IMG/VR virus record: IMGVR_UViG_3300017646_000156
Span: 1 to 24,619 of that record
Length of the DNA stretch: 24,619 nucleotides
Strand: one strand, 5' to 3'
Source of the DNA: a virus
Lineage: Duplodnaviria; Caudoviricetes
Positions 15,751-24,533 of the stretch are shown here, piece after piece. A program made the translations under genes and the position numbers. Position 1 is the first letter of the stretch; each line of letters starts with the position of its first letter. The notes under the pieces were generated by a model. It saw nothing but the letters and a program-made list of their open reading frames with translations. It searched no databases and had not been told where the DNA came from.

Positions 15751-16532
15751 GCATGCTCACGAAAGTTCAACGGGGGCGGCAAGCCAAGCCGCCTCGCGTA
15801 CTGTTGTACGGCGTCGAAGGTATCGGCAAGTCGACCTTCGGCGCTCAGGCACCCAAGCCGATCTTCATTCAGACCGAGGACGGCCTGGATGAAATCGACT
15901 GCGACAAATTCCCACTGGCCGCAACCTACGACGAGGTGCTCAGCGCGCTTGGCGAACTGCGCACGCAGCAGCACGACTACGAGAGCGTGGTCATCGATTC
16001 GCTCGATTGGCTCGAACGCCTGGTGTGGGACAAGCTCTGCGCCGTAAGCAACGTCAACTCCATCGAGAAAGTCGATGGCGGCTACAGCAAGGGTTACACC
16101 CACGCCCTGACGTACTGGCGCGAGATCATCGACCAGCTCAACGTGTTGCGGAACGCTCGCGGCATGGTGGTGCTGCTCATCGCGCACTCGAAGGTCGAAC
16201 GGTTCGAAGACCCCGAGTCGTCGCCTTACGACCGCTATTCGCCCCGACTGCACAAACATGCGGCGGCCCTGGTGAGTGAGTGGTGCGACGCCGTACTGTT
16301 CGCCACGCGGAAGATGCGCACGCAGTCGGAGGACGCCGGTTTTAACCGCAAGCGCACGACCGCGCACGCGATCGGCAAGGCCGGCGGCGAGCGCATCCTG
16401 CGGTGCGTGGGCGGTCCGTCGTGCGTCGCCAAGAACCGCTACGGAATCACCGACGAACTGCCGCTCTCGTGGCCGGCGTTCATTCATGCCCTTTCTAACC
16501 AGCAACCCCAAGGAACCGATACCGATGGCTGA
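15747..16532 (+). CDS. AAA_24 family ATP-binding protein (Sak4-like phage recombination protein)
   Basis: 261 aa. LLYGVEGIGKST, VVIDSLDWLE, LIAHS and AKNRY; followed by DUF669. Confidence 0.88.
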   Translation: MSMLTKVQRGRQAKPPRVLLYGVEGIGKSTFGAQAPKPIFIQTEDGLDEIDCDKFPLAATYDEVLSALGELRTQQHDYESVVIDSLDWLERLVWDKLCAVSNVNSIEKVDGGYSKGYTHALTYWREIIDQLNVLRNARGMVVLLIAHSKVERFEDPESSPYDRYSPRLHKHAAALVSEWCDAVLFATRKMRTQSEDAGFNRKRTTAHAIGKAGGERILRCVGGPSCVAKNRYGITDELPLSWPAFIHALSNQQPQGTDTDG

Positions 16533-16986
16533 TCTTCGTGGATTCGACGCCAACCAAGTGGAACCGACGAGCGACTTCGAACCGATCCCTGCCGGCAAGT
16601 ACCTGGCCGTGATCACTGATTCCGAGATGAAGCCGACGAAGGCCGGCACCGGCAGCTACCTGCAACTCACGTTTCAGGTCATCGAGGGGCCTTACGCGAA
16701 TCGCCTCTTGTGGGCGCGGCTCAACCTCGACAACCCCAACGACACGGCGCGGAAGATCGCCCAGAGCGAGCTGTCCGCACTCTGTCGGGCGGTCGGCGTC
16801 CTGGCCCCGAACGACTCGGTCGAACTGCACAACCTGCCGCTGATGATTCACGTCCGCTGCAAGAAGCGGAGCGACACCGGCGAGATCACCAACGAGATCA
16901 AGGGCTACTCCAAGAAGGAGTCGACCAGCGTGCCGACCAACAACACGCCCGCGGCCAAGACCACGCCTCCCTGGAAGCGTTCGTAA
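16525..16986 (+). CDS. DUF669 protein (phage SSB-like)
   Basis: Start reassigned to ATG 16525 (MADLRGFDAN). FEPIPAGKYLAVITDSEMK, NEIKGY and C-terminal PPWKR. Confidence 0.85.
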   Translation: MADLRGFDANQVEPTSDFEPIPAGKYLAVITDSEMKPTKAGTGSYLQLTFQVIEGPYANRLLWARLNLDNPNDTARKIAQSELSALCRAVGVLAPNDSVELHNLPLMIHVRCKKRSDTGEITNEIKGYSKKESTSVPTNNTPAAKTTPPWKRS

Positions 16987-17339
16987 TGATCGAACTGGAA
17001 TTACCGTATCCGCCGTCGGTGAACCATTACTGGCGGCGGGTGGGAGCACGGACGCTCATCAGTCGCGGGGGTCGAGCATTCCGACAAGCGGTGTGCTCGA
17101 TCCTCGCGGCTCACGGTATCCGGCCGCTCGACGGGGCGCTGGTTGTGGAAGTCGCGGTCCATCCGCCCGACCGGCGACGCCGCGACATCGACAACCTGCA
17201 AAAAGCATTGCTCGATGCGCTGGCGCATGGCGGTGCGTATCACGACGACTCGCAGATTTCCCGGCTGACCGTCGAGCGGCAGCACGTCGTGCCTGGCGGC
17301 AAGGTTGTTGTTCGCGTGGAGGCATACCGCGATGAGTGA
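16986..17339 (+). CDS. rusA: RusA family Holliday junction resolvase
   Basis: Start ATG 16986 (TAATG overlap). LPYPPSVNHYW, PPDRRRRDIDNLQKALLDAL and YHDDSQI. Confidence 0.92.
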   Translation: MIELELPYPPSVNHYWRRVGARTLISRGGRAFRQAVCSILAAHGIRPLDGALVVEVAVHPPDRRRRDIDNLQKALLDALAHGGAYHDDSQISRLTVERQHVVPGGKVVVRVEAYRDE

Positions 17340-17547
17340 GTCACTCGAACGAATCGACCATCCGCCGCACTACAACGTCGGCCCCATCGAAGTGATCGAC
17401 GCCATCGAGGCTTGGGATCTCGGCTTCCATCTTGGCAACGTCGTGAAGTACGTCGCCCGCGCGGCGCAGAAGGGAGACCAAGTGGCCGACCTGAAGAAGG
17501 CCCATTGGTATCTGGAACGGGAAATCCGCCGGCTGGAAGGAAGGTGA
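17332..17547 (+). CDS. DUF3310 protein
   Basis: Start ATG 17332. DHPPHY, IEVID, GNVVKYVARA and DLKKAHWYL. Confidence 0.85.
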   Translation: MSESLERIDHPPHYNVGPIEVIDAIEAWDLGFHLGNVVKYVARAAQKGDQVADLKKAHWYLEREIRRLEGR

Positions 17548-17548
17548 C

Positions 17549-17764
17549 ATGAAAGCCAAACAACGCACCTGCCTGAAGTGCGGCAACCTGTTCGATTCAA
17601 CGGGCCCCGGCAATCGCATCTGCAAGCGCTGCGCGCAGATCAACGCTCGCATTCCGATCACGGAAGAGCAGCTGCAGAAGCAGCGTGGAGTGAAGCGACG
17701 CAACGGCGAAGTCATCAGCGATCCCACCTTCGATGAGGTCGCCAGCGCGAGGGCGGAATCATGA
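17549..17764 (+). CDS. Small Zn-ribbon protein
   Basis: 71 aa. CLKCGNLFDSTGPGNRICKRC; tightly packed within the operon. Confidence 0.75.
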   Translation: MKAKQRTCLKCGNLFDSTGPGNRICKRCAQINARIPITEEQLQKQRGVKRRNGEVISDPTFDEVASARAES

Positions 17765-19422
17765 TGCAGCTGCGACCCTACCAGCGTCATTGCGTGGACG
17801 CCGTCTACGACCACCTGCGAATCAGGGACGACAACCCGTGCGCCGTGGTGCCGACGGCGGGCGGCAAGACGCCGATCATGGCCACGATCTGCAAAGACGC
17901 CGTGGGCCACTGGAACGGGCGCGTGCTGATCCTGGCCCACGTCAAGGAACTGCTCGAGCAGATCGCCGATAAGCTGCGCACCGTTTGCCCCGAGGTTGAG
18001 TTCGGCATTTACTCGGCCGGCCTGAAGCGGCGCGACACGTCGCATTCGGTGATCGTGGCCGGCATTCAGTCGGTCTACAAGCGGGCCTGTGAACTCGATG
18101 CGTTCGACCTGGTCCTCGTGGACGAAGCGCATTTGATCCCGCTCGAAGGCGAAGGAATGTATCGCCAGTTTCTGGCCGACGCCAAGGTGATCAATCCCGA
18201 ACTGCGGATTGTCGGATTCACCGCCACGCCATTCCGCCTGAAGACTGGACCGATCTGCACGCCCGAAGGGTTCTTGAACCACATCTGCTACGAGGTGGGG
18301 GTCCGCGAACTGATTGTCGGCGGCTATCTCTGCCCGCTGATCACCAAGGCGGGGATCAACAAGGCCGACTTCGAGCGGCTCCACGTCCGCGCCGGCGAAT
18401 TTGTCGCGGACGAAATGGAAGCGCTGATGGACGAGGATCGGCTCGTCGAAGCAGCTTGCGGCGAAACGGTGGGCTACACCCACGACCGCCGGGGAGTTTT
18501 GATCTTCGCCACCGGCGTCAAACATGGCGAACACATCGTTCGCGTCCTGAAAGAACAACATGGCATCGAGTGCGGCTTCGTCACCGGCGAAACGCCGACG
18601 CGCGAGCGTGATGCCATCCTCGGCCGCTTCCGGCGCGGCGAACTCAAGTATCTTTGCAACGTCAATGTGCTGACGACTGGTTTCGATGCGCCGCATATCG
18701 ACTGCGTGGCGCTGGTGCGGCCCACGATGTCGCCCGGCCTTTATTACCAGATGGTCGGCCGCGGCTTTCGCCTGCATCCCGACAAGCAGAACTGCCTGGT
18801 GCTGGACTTCGGCGGGAACGTCATGCGCCACGGCCCAGTCGATGACATCACCATCACCACCGTGGATCGCGGCGATGGCCAAGCGCCGGCGAAGGAGTGC
18901 CCCGAATGCCAGGCGGTGATTGCTGCCGGGTTTGCCACCTGCCCGCAGTGCGGTTACGAGTTCCCGCCTCCAGAGCGCCGGAAGCATGATGCGAAGGCCA
19001 GCGAGGCCGGCATCTTGAAAGGGCAGGTCACCACGACGCAGTACCGCGTGGATGACGTGTACTACAGCGTTCATACGAAGCGTGGCGCGAGCGAGGACGC
19101 GCCGAAGTCGATGCGCGTCGACTACAAGGTCGGCTGGCATCAGTACAAGTCGGAATGGATCTGCTTCGAGCACGAGGGCTACGCGCGGCAGAAGGCGGTC
19201 GCCTGGTGGCGCAGGCATTCGCCCGACCCGGTCCCAAACACCGCCGAGCGCGCCGTGGAGATCGCGCAAGGCGGCGGCGTCGCAGCCACGCACGGCATTA
19301 CTGTTCGCACCGTCACCGGTGACGAGTTCGAGCGAATCACCGACTACGAACTGGGACCGCTGCCAGAACCGGTCGCGTCGGACCCCTACTGCGGCTACGA
19401 CCCCGACGAGATTCCCTTTTGA
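17761..19422 (+). CDS. SF2 DEAD/DEAH-box helicase (RadD/YejH-like, phage type) with Zn ribbon
   Basis: 553 aa. LRPYQ, PTAGGKT, DEAH, TATP, LTTGFDAP, QMVGRGFR and CPEC...CPQC. Confidence 0.93.
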   Translation: MMQLRPYQRHCVDAVYDHLRIRDDNPCAVVPTAGGKTPIMATICKDAVGHWNGRVLILAHVKELLEQIADKLRTVCPEVEFGIYSAGLKRRDTSHSVIVAGIQSVYKRACELDAFDLVLVDEAHLIPLEGEGMYRQFLADAKVINPELRIVGFTATPFRLKTGPICTPEGFLNHICYEVGVRELIVGGYLCPLITKAGINKADFERLHVRAGEFVADEMEALMDEDRLVEAACGETVGYTHDRRGVLIFATGVKHGEHIVRVLKEQHGIECGFVTGETPTRERDAILGRFRRGELKYLCNVNVLTTGFDAPHIDCVALVRPTMSPGLYYQMVGRGFRLHPDKQNCLVLDFGGNVMRHGPVDDITITTVDRGDGQAPAKECPECQAVIAAGFATCPQCGYEFPPPERRKHDAKASEAGILKGQVTTTQYRVDDVYYSVHTKRGASEDAPKSMRVDYKVGWHQYKSEWICFEHEGYARQKAVAWWRRHSPDPVPNTAERAVEIAQGGGVAATHGITVRTVTGDEFERITDYELGPLPEPVASDPYCGYDPDEIPF

Positions 19423-19424
19423 GC

Positions 19425-21707
19425 ATGATTGATACCGCGACCGCATACCTCCGCGCCGGCTTGTGTGTGCTGCCCGCGATCCTCGCGGAGAAGCGGCCTG
19501 CGCTCGCGGGCTGGAAACAGTACCAGCGCCGGTTGCCAACCGAGCGCCAGGTAAACTCGTGGTTCGCCAGCGACGCGCCGGTATGTGTGCTGGCTGGCGC
19601 GGTTTCGGCCAACCTGGAGATGATCGATTTCGATCACGAGGGGGAATTGTTCGACCGCTGGCGTGAACTCGTCGCCAGCGAAGCACCGGCCTTGGTCGAG
19701 CGGCTGGTGATCGAACGGTCTCAATCCGGCGGAAGGCATGCCATCTATCGCTGCGACGCTCCGGTGCCGGGCAACCGTAAGCTGGCCCAGCGCACCATCG
19801 AGGCGACCAGCGCCGAGCCAATGGTCATCGCCGGCAAGCGGCATGTGCCACGTCGCGTGGGCGACCGCTTCGAGGTGACGCTCACGCTGATCGAAACGCG
19901 CGGCGAAGGCGGGCTGTTCCTGTGCGCGCCGACACCGGGCTACCAACTGGAGCAGGGATCGTTCGACCAGTTGCCGGTCCTGAGCGAGGCCGAACGGTCA
20001 ATCCTGGTCGAGGCGGCATGCGCCCTGAACGAAGCGGTCCCGCCCGCGCAACGCCATCGCGGCGGTTCCGCCGGCGCTGGCAGACCCGGCGACGACTTCA
20101 ACGAGCGGGGCGACGTGCGCGAGGTGTTGCGCCGCCAGGGGTGGGAATTGGTTCGCGGCGGCGCGAACGAATACTGGCGTCGCCCAGGCAAGGAACAGGG
20201 CTGGAGCGCAACGCTCAAAGACGGCGTGCTGTACGTGTTCTCAAGCAACGCCGCCCCCTTCGAGCCGGATCGCGCCTATGCGCCGTTCACGGTGTTCGCG
20301 CTGCTCGAACACGGGGGCGACTTTGCGGCGGCCGCCGCTGCGCTGCGAGCGCAGGGGTATGGCGACGAGCAAGCCGAAGGCGACGTGGATCTGTCGCGGA
20401 TCATGCCGTGCGGTCACTCCCCACCGACAGCACCGCCGGCCTTTCCCGACCCTGGTCCGCTGCCGGCAGAGATGTTTCGCGTGCCGGGCTTCGTGTCGGA
20501 GGTGATGGATCATTGCCTGGCCACTGCTCCTTATCCCAATGCGGCGTTGGCGTTCTGCGGGGCGCTCGCGCTGCAGGCCATGCTCGCCGGCCGAAAGGTG
20601 CGTGATTCGGCCGACAACCGCACGAATCTCTACCTGCTGGCGCTGGCGTATTCCTCGGTCGGCAAGGACTGGCCTCGGAAGGTGAACACGTTCGTTTTGC
20701 ATCGCGTCGGCCTGGTCGATGCGCTGGGGGAGAAATTCGCCTCGGGCGAAGGCATTCAGGACTCGCTGTTTCGCACGCCGGCAATGCTGTTCCAGACCGA
20801 CGAGATCGATGGACTGCTGCAATCGATCAACAAGTCGCAGGACGCGCGCCACGAGAACATTCTAGGCACGTTGCTGACCATGTACTCGGCGGCAAACAGC
20901 ATCTTCCCGATGCGGCGGAAGGCCGGCAAGGAATCGCCGGGCGTGATCGATCAGCCCTGTCTGGTGGTCTACGGCACGGCGATCCCGACGCATTACTACG
21001 GCGCGCTGTCTGAGCGAATGTTAACCAATGGCTTCTTCGCCCGCATGCTCATCGTGGAAAGTGGGCCACGTAGCGTCGGTCAGGAGCCGGGGATCATTAA
21101 CCCGCCGCCGCGCGTGGTGGAGACCGCGCAGTGGTGGGCCGACTTCTGTCCCGGCACCGGCAACCTCGAGCGATTCCACCCATTGCCTCACATTGTCGAG
21201 GCCCAGCCAGACGCTCGCGTGCTGCTGACCGACGCTCGCCAAGCGTCGGAGGCGGAATACGCCAGCGCCGAGGCCCGCGGTGATCCGGTCGGCACAACGG
21301 TCTGGGGGCGAGTGCCCGAGCAGATTCGCAAGCTGGCGTTGCTCTATGCGGTAAGCGTCAACCACGAGACGCCCACCATCGACGCGGCGGCGGTGCGCTG
21401 GGCGACCGAGTTCATCCTCCACCAGACGCGGCGAATGCTGTTCATGGCGCACAACCATGTGGCGGAAAACCCATTCCATGCCGAGTGCCTGCGGTTGCTG
21501 CGCAAGCTCCGCGAGGCCCCCGACCGACAGCTCGCGCATAGCGTGCTGCTCAAGCGAATGAAGATTGACGCCAAGACGTTTCAGGAGTTGATCAACACGC
21601 TTGAACAGCAGGGCGACGTGCAGACCACAACCCAGTCAACCGATGGCCGTCCGCAGCGCGCGTATCGGCTGACAGGTGAAACCACAGGGGGTGAAAGTGC
21701 CGGGTGA
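19425..21707 (+). CDS. Bifunctional primase-polymerase (Prim-Pol) fused to DUF3987-like ATPase/helicase region
   Basis: KRPALAGWKQYQ, MIDFD, SQSGGRH, ETRGEGG...APTPGY, then YWRRPGK, SSVGKD, DEIDG, NGFFARML and a C-terminal wHTH-like segment. Alternative TTG start at 19419. Confidence 0.85.
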   Translation: MIDTATAYLRAGLCVLPAILAEKRPALAGWKQYQRRLPTERQVNSWFASDAPVCVLAGAVSANLEMIDFDHEGELFDRWRELVASEAPALVERLVIERSQSGGRHAIYRCDAPVPGNRKLAQRTIEATSAEPMVIAGKRHVPRRVGDRFEVTLTLIETRGEGGLFLCAPTPGYQLEQGSFDQLPVLSEAERSILVEAACALNEAVPPAQRHRGGSAGAGRPGDDFNERGDVREVLRRQGWELVRGGANEYWRRPGKEQGWSATLKDGVLYVFSSNAAPFEPDRAYAPFTVFALLEHGGDFAAAAAALRAQGYGDEQAEGDVDLSRIMPCGHSPPTAPPAFPDPGPLPAEMFRVPGFVSEVMDHCLATAPYPNAALAFCGALALQAMLAGRKVRDSADNRTNLYLLALAYSSVGKDWPRKVNTFVLHRVGLVDALGEKFASGEGIQDSLFRTPAMLFQTDEIDGLLQSINKSQDARHENILGTLLTMYSAANSIFPMRRKAGKESPGVIDQPCLVVYGTAIPTHYYGALSERMLTNGFFARMLIVESGPRSVGQEPGIINPPPRVVETAQWWADFCPGTGNLERFHPLPHIVEAQPDARVLLTDARQASEAEYASAEARGDPVGTTVWGRVPEQIRKLALLYAVSVNHETPTIDAAAVRWATEFILHQTRRMLFMAHNHVAENPFHAECLRLLRKLREAPDRQLAHSVLLKRMKIDAKTFQELINTLEQQGDVQTTTQSTDGRPQRAYRLTGETTGGESAG

Positions 21708-21904
21708 ACAGGGGCCGCGAGGTGAAAGAAGCGCGGCCGAATCGACGTGCCGGCGGTGAAAGAGGGTGAACCAAGGTGAAAGAAGGGTGAAAGAAGATGA
21801 GCCAAGAACTACATGAAAAACAACTACTCTCTCTCTTCTTTCTACGTTTCACTCATACCCCCACCCGCACGCGCCTACGTGCGTGCGCGCGTGATAGGGG
21901 TGAA
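21675..21904 (+). repeat. GGTGAA direct-repeat cluster, candidate replication origin
   Basis: GGTGAA at 21675, 21690, 21703, 21721, 21755, 21765, 21775, 21786 and 21899. An AT-richer tract lies at ~21805-21850. The cluster sits at the primase 3' end. Confidence 0.75.
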
Positions 21905-22197
21905 AGAAGAAAGAAGCCCGTCCCGTGCATGGCGACGGTGGCGGCCTGTTCGCCACGGTTGGCCCACGTTGGCGTCGCTGGACGTCTCGGCCGCAACGAT
22001 CCCCATGCGCCGCTCGGCGCGACACGTGGCCGCACGGTGGCCCACGCGACGCCTGCCACTTTGGCAGAGCTAAAGACCAGCGGCCAGCCGGTTTATGGTT
22101 CCTTCCCGACGGCAATCCTCAGGAGAGGCACGCGGGAACAGCCGCCATATCAAGCAGAGTTTGTTTTCGTGGTCCGAACGTCCCCAGGAGAAAACCT

Positions 22198-22425
22198 ATG
22201 TCCGAATCGCCAAACCGAGAACGCGACCGCGTGCGGTACTGGAACGAAGTCGTCGTTCCCGCCGCGCGGGGTTTAGAGAGCTTCTTTTGGAACCTCGTCT
22301 GGTTCGCCGTGATCCTGTGCCTGCTGTTTTCTTTCAATCCCTTTCGTCAAGGATGCCGCCATGAAGATCGACCTTCGCCCGCTGTCGGAAATCAAACCGT
22401 ACCCCAACAACCCGCGCGTCAATGA
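22198..22425 (+). CDS. Small putative membrane protein
   Basis: ATG 22198 with AGGAG RBS; 75 aa; hydrophobic stretch FFWNLVWFAVILCLLFSF. Overlaps the next gene by 65 bp. Confidence 0.45.
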   Translation: MSESPNRERDRVRYWNEVVVPAARGLESFFWNLVWFAVILCLLFSFNPFRQGCRHEDRPSPAVGNQTVPQQPARQ

Positions 22426-23692
22426 CGACGCGGTGGATGCCGTGGTGGCGTCGCTCCGCGAGTTCGGCTTCCGCCAGCCCATCGTGGTCGATTGCGAAGG
22501 CGTGATCATCTGCGGGCACACCCGCTACAAGGCGGCGATGAAACTGGGCCTCGAAAAGGTGCCGGTTCACGTCGCCAAAGACCTCACGCCCGACCAGATC
22601 AAGGCGTACCGCATTGCCGACAACCAGACCGCGTCGCTCGCGGAATGGAACTACGATCTGCTGCCGATCGAACTGGGCGAGTTGCAATCGGCCAACTACG
22701 ACCTCGGCCTGCTGGGGTTCGACCAGGACGAGCTCGCCAAACTGCTCGGCGGCGAATTGCAAGAAGGCCTTACCGACCCCGATGACGTGCCCGCGCCGCC
22801 CGACGCGGCGATCACGCAGCCGGGCGACTTATGGATTCTCGGCAATCATCGCCTGCTATGTGGCGACAGCAGCAAGCCAGAGGACGTGGACCGATTGCTC
22901 GACGGTGCGGTGGTTCATCTGGTGAACACTGATCCGCCGTACAACGTTCGCGTCGAGCCGCGCAGTAATAACGCCATCGCCAATGGTAGCCGAGGCCTCG
23001 CCGCGCCGACGCAGCAGGCGCTGGTTCCGAACCATCAAGGGTTCGATCTGGCTCGCGACGCCAAGAAAGCGAAACGAACCACGGCGAAGCTGCGACCGAA
23101 GGATCGGCCGTTGGCGAACGACTTCGTGAGCGATGAAGCGTTTGAAGCGATGCTGGATGCCTGGTTCGGCAACCTGGCCCGCGTGCTTCAGCCGGGCCGC
23201 GCGTTTTACATCTGGGGCGGGTGGTCGAACCTCGGCAACTATCCGCCGGCGCTGGAGCGTGCCGGGCTGTTCTGGCACCAGCAACTGATCTGGGTGAAGA
23301 ACCAGCCGGTGTTGTGCCGGAAGGACTTCATGCTGAAGCACGAATGGTGCTTCTACGGTTGGCGCGAGGGCATGGCGCACACCTACCTTGGCCCGAACAA
23401 CGTGACCGACGTATGGGATGTCACGAAGGTGCCGTCGCAGAAGATGGTTCACTTGACGGAGAAGCCGGTCGAACTTGCGGTGCGCGCGATGCAGTATTCG
23501 TCACGGGCCGGCGAGAACGTGATCGATCTGTTTGGCGGCAGCGGCAGCACGTTGATTGCCGCCGAGCAAACGGGGCGGCATGCGTTTCTGATGGAACTCG
23601 ATTGTCTCTACGCCGACGTGATCGTGCAGCGGTGGGAACAGTTCACCGGGCGGAAGGCGGAACGTATCTCCGCGCAGGAGGCCGTCGCATGA
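22361..23692 (+). CDS. ParB-like N-terminal domain + N4/N6 DNA methyltransferase (beta order), phage type
   Basis: 443 aa. PYPNNPR, FGFRQPIVV, GHTR and IADN (ParB-like); then HRLLCGDS, TDPPY, HLTEKPVEL and DLFGGSGSTL. Confidence 0.92.
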   Translation: MKIDLRPLSEIKPYPNNPRVNDDAVDAVVASLREFGFRQPIVVDCEGVIICGHTRYKAAMKLGLEKVPVHVAKDLTPDQIKAYRIADNQTASLAEWNYDLLPIELGELQSANYDLGLLGFDQDELAKLLGGELQEGLTDPDDVPAPPDAAITQPGDLWILGNHRLLCGDSSKPEDVDRLLDGAVVHLVNTDPPYNVRVEPRSNNAIANGSRGLAAPTQQALVPNHQGFDLARDAKKAKRTTAKLRPKDRPLANDFVSDEAFEAMLDAWFGNLARVLQPGRAFYIWGGWSNLGNYPPALERAGLFWHQQLIWVKNQPVLCRKDFMLKHEWCFYGWREGMAHTYLGPNNVTDVWDVTKVPSQKMVHLTEKPVELAVRAMQYSSRAGENVIDLFGGSGSTLIAAEQTGRHAFLMELDCLYADVIVQRWEQFTGRKAERISAQEAVA

Positions 23693-24057
23693 TTTATCTC
23701 GCCAGTCCGTATTCACATTCCGACCCGGCGGTGCGCGAGTTCCGTTTCCGCGAGGCGTGCCGCGCGGCGGCGAAGCTCATGCGTTTGGGTCGCGCGGTGT
23801 TCTCGCCCATCGCGCACGGCCATTGCATCTGCACCTATGGCCTACCGACCGACTGGCGGTATTGGGAACCATTCGACCGGCAGCAGCTAGAACGCTGCGA
23901 CGAGGTGCTCGTGCTGACGCTCGATGGTTGGCGGGAGAGCGCTGGCGTCCAAGCCGAGATTCGGATCGCCGGCGAGTGCGGCAAACCGGTGCGGTACGTC
24001 GCGCCCGAGGGCCACGAGAAAACCCCGGCCGAGACCGGGGTTGAGGAGGTTCGATGA
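23689..24057 (+). CDS. DUF1937 family protein
   Basis: Start ATG 23689 (ATGA overlap). MIYLASPYSH, VFSPIAHGH and GWRESAGVQAEI. Confidence 0.85.
   Translation: MIYLASPYSHSDPAVREFRFREACRAAAKLMRLGRAVFSPIAHGHCICTYGLPTDWRYWEPFDRQQLERCDEVLVLTLDGWRESAGVQAEIRIAGECGKPVRYVAPEGHEKTPAETGVEEVR
24019..24042 (-). terminator. Candidate intrinsic terminator for the convergent 24069-24263 gene
   Basis: Hairpin AACCCCGG-N6-CCGGGGTT at 24021-24042 with a short T run on the minus strand, ~26 bp past the stop codon. Confidence 0.45.
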
Positions 24058-24068
24058 TCCGGTCGCGC

Positions 24069-24263
24069 CTAGCCGGCGGAATCGAAATACGCCTCCATCT
24101 CGCGCCGGGCGTCGTCCAGATTGTTGGGGCGGTAGCGGGTCGCCCACATCTTCATGGCGTCGCGGGCCGCTTGCCGATCAACCAGAACGTGGGCGTCGTA
24201 TCCGTTCCCGTTCTCGTCGAGGACGTGCATCAAATCCTGGCAGATCTCAATCCGGTAGCGCAT
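24069..24263 (-). CDS. Small hypothetical protein
   Basis: Start reassigned to ATG 24263 (MRYRIEI) with AGGAG RBS; 64 aa; opposite strand to the operon. Confidence 0.6.
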   Translation of the reverse strand: MRYRIEICQDLMHVLDENGNGYDAHVLVDRQAARDAMKMWATRYRPNNLDDARREMEAYFDSAG

Positions 24264-24533
24264 CGTTGGTTCTCCTATGTTTCGTCGCATCGCGGCCCGT
24301 CGCGCGCCGACGGGCACCGCGCTACACTTCATGAGCAGTGCGGGCGCAAAAACATCAAGCGGACCGGCGGCGAATTCTCAAAGACGAATGGTGACCACGG
24401 CACGAGCCATTCCAATGGCATTCGTCGACTCGCGTTGGTCGCGGCCCGCCCGTTCCCGCCCCGCGTCGCACCCGTTGGCCCACGTTGCGGCCGGCGGGGC
24501 CGGTTGGCCAGCATACCCACCAACGAGATGCTA

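Noticed and set aside
17341-19821. 826-aa minus-strand ORF
   Set aside because: Antisense to the well-supported helicase and primase genes; no motifs.
21675-21904. GGTGAA repeats as a CRISPR array
   Set aside because: Repeat unit is only 6-10 bp with irregular short spacing, and there are no cas genes.
21797-22276. ORFs of 159, 86 and 166 aa across the repeat region
   Set aside because: Low-complexity translations of repeat-rich DNA; only the 22198 start has RBS support.
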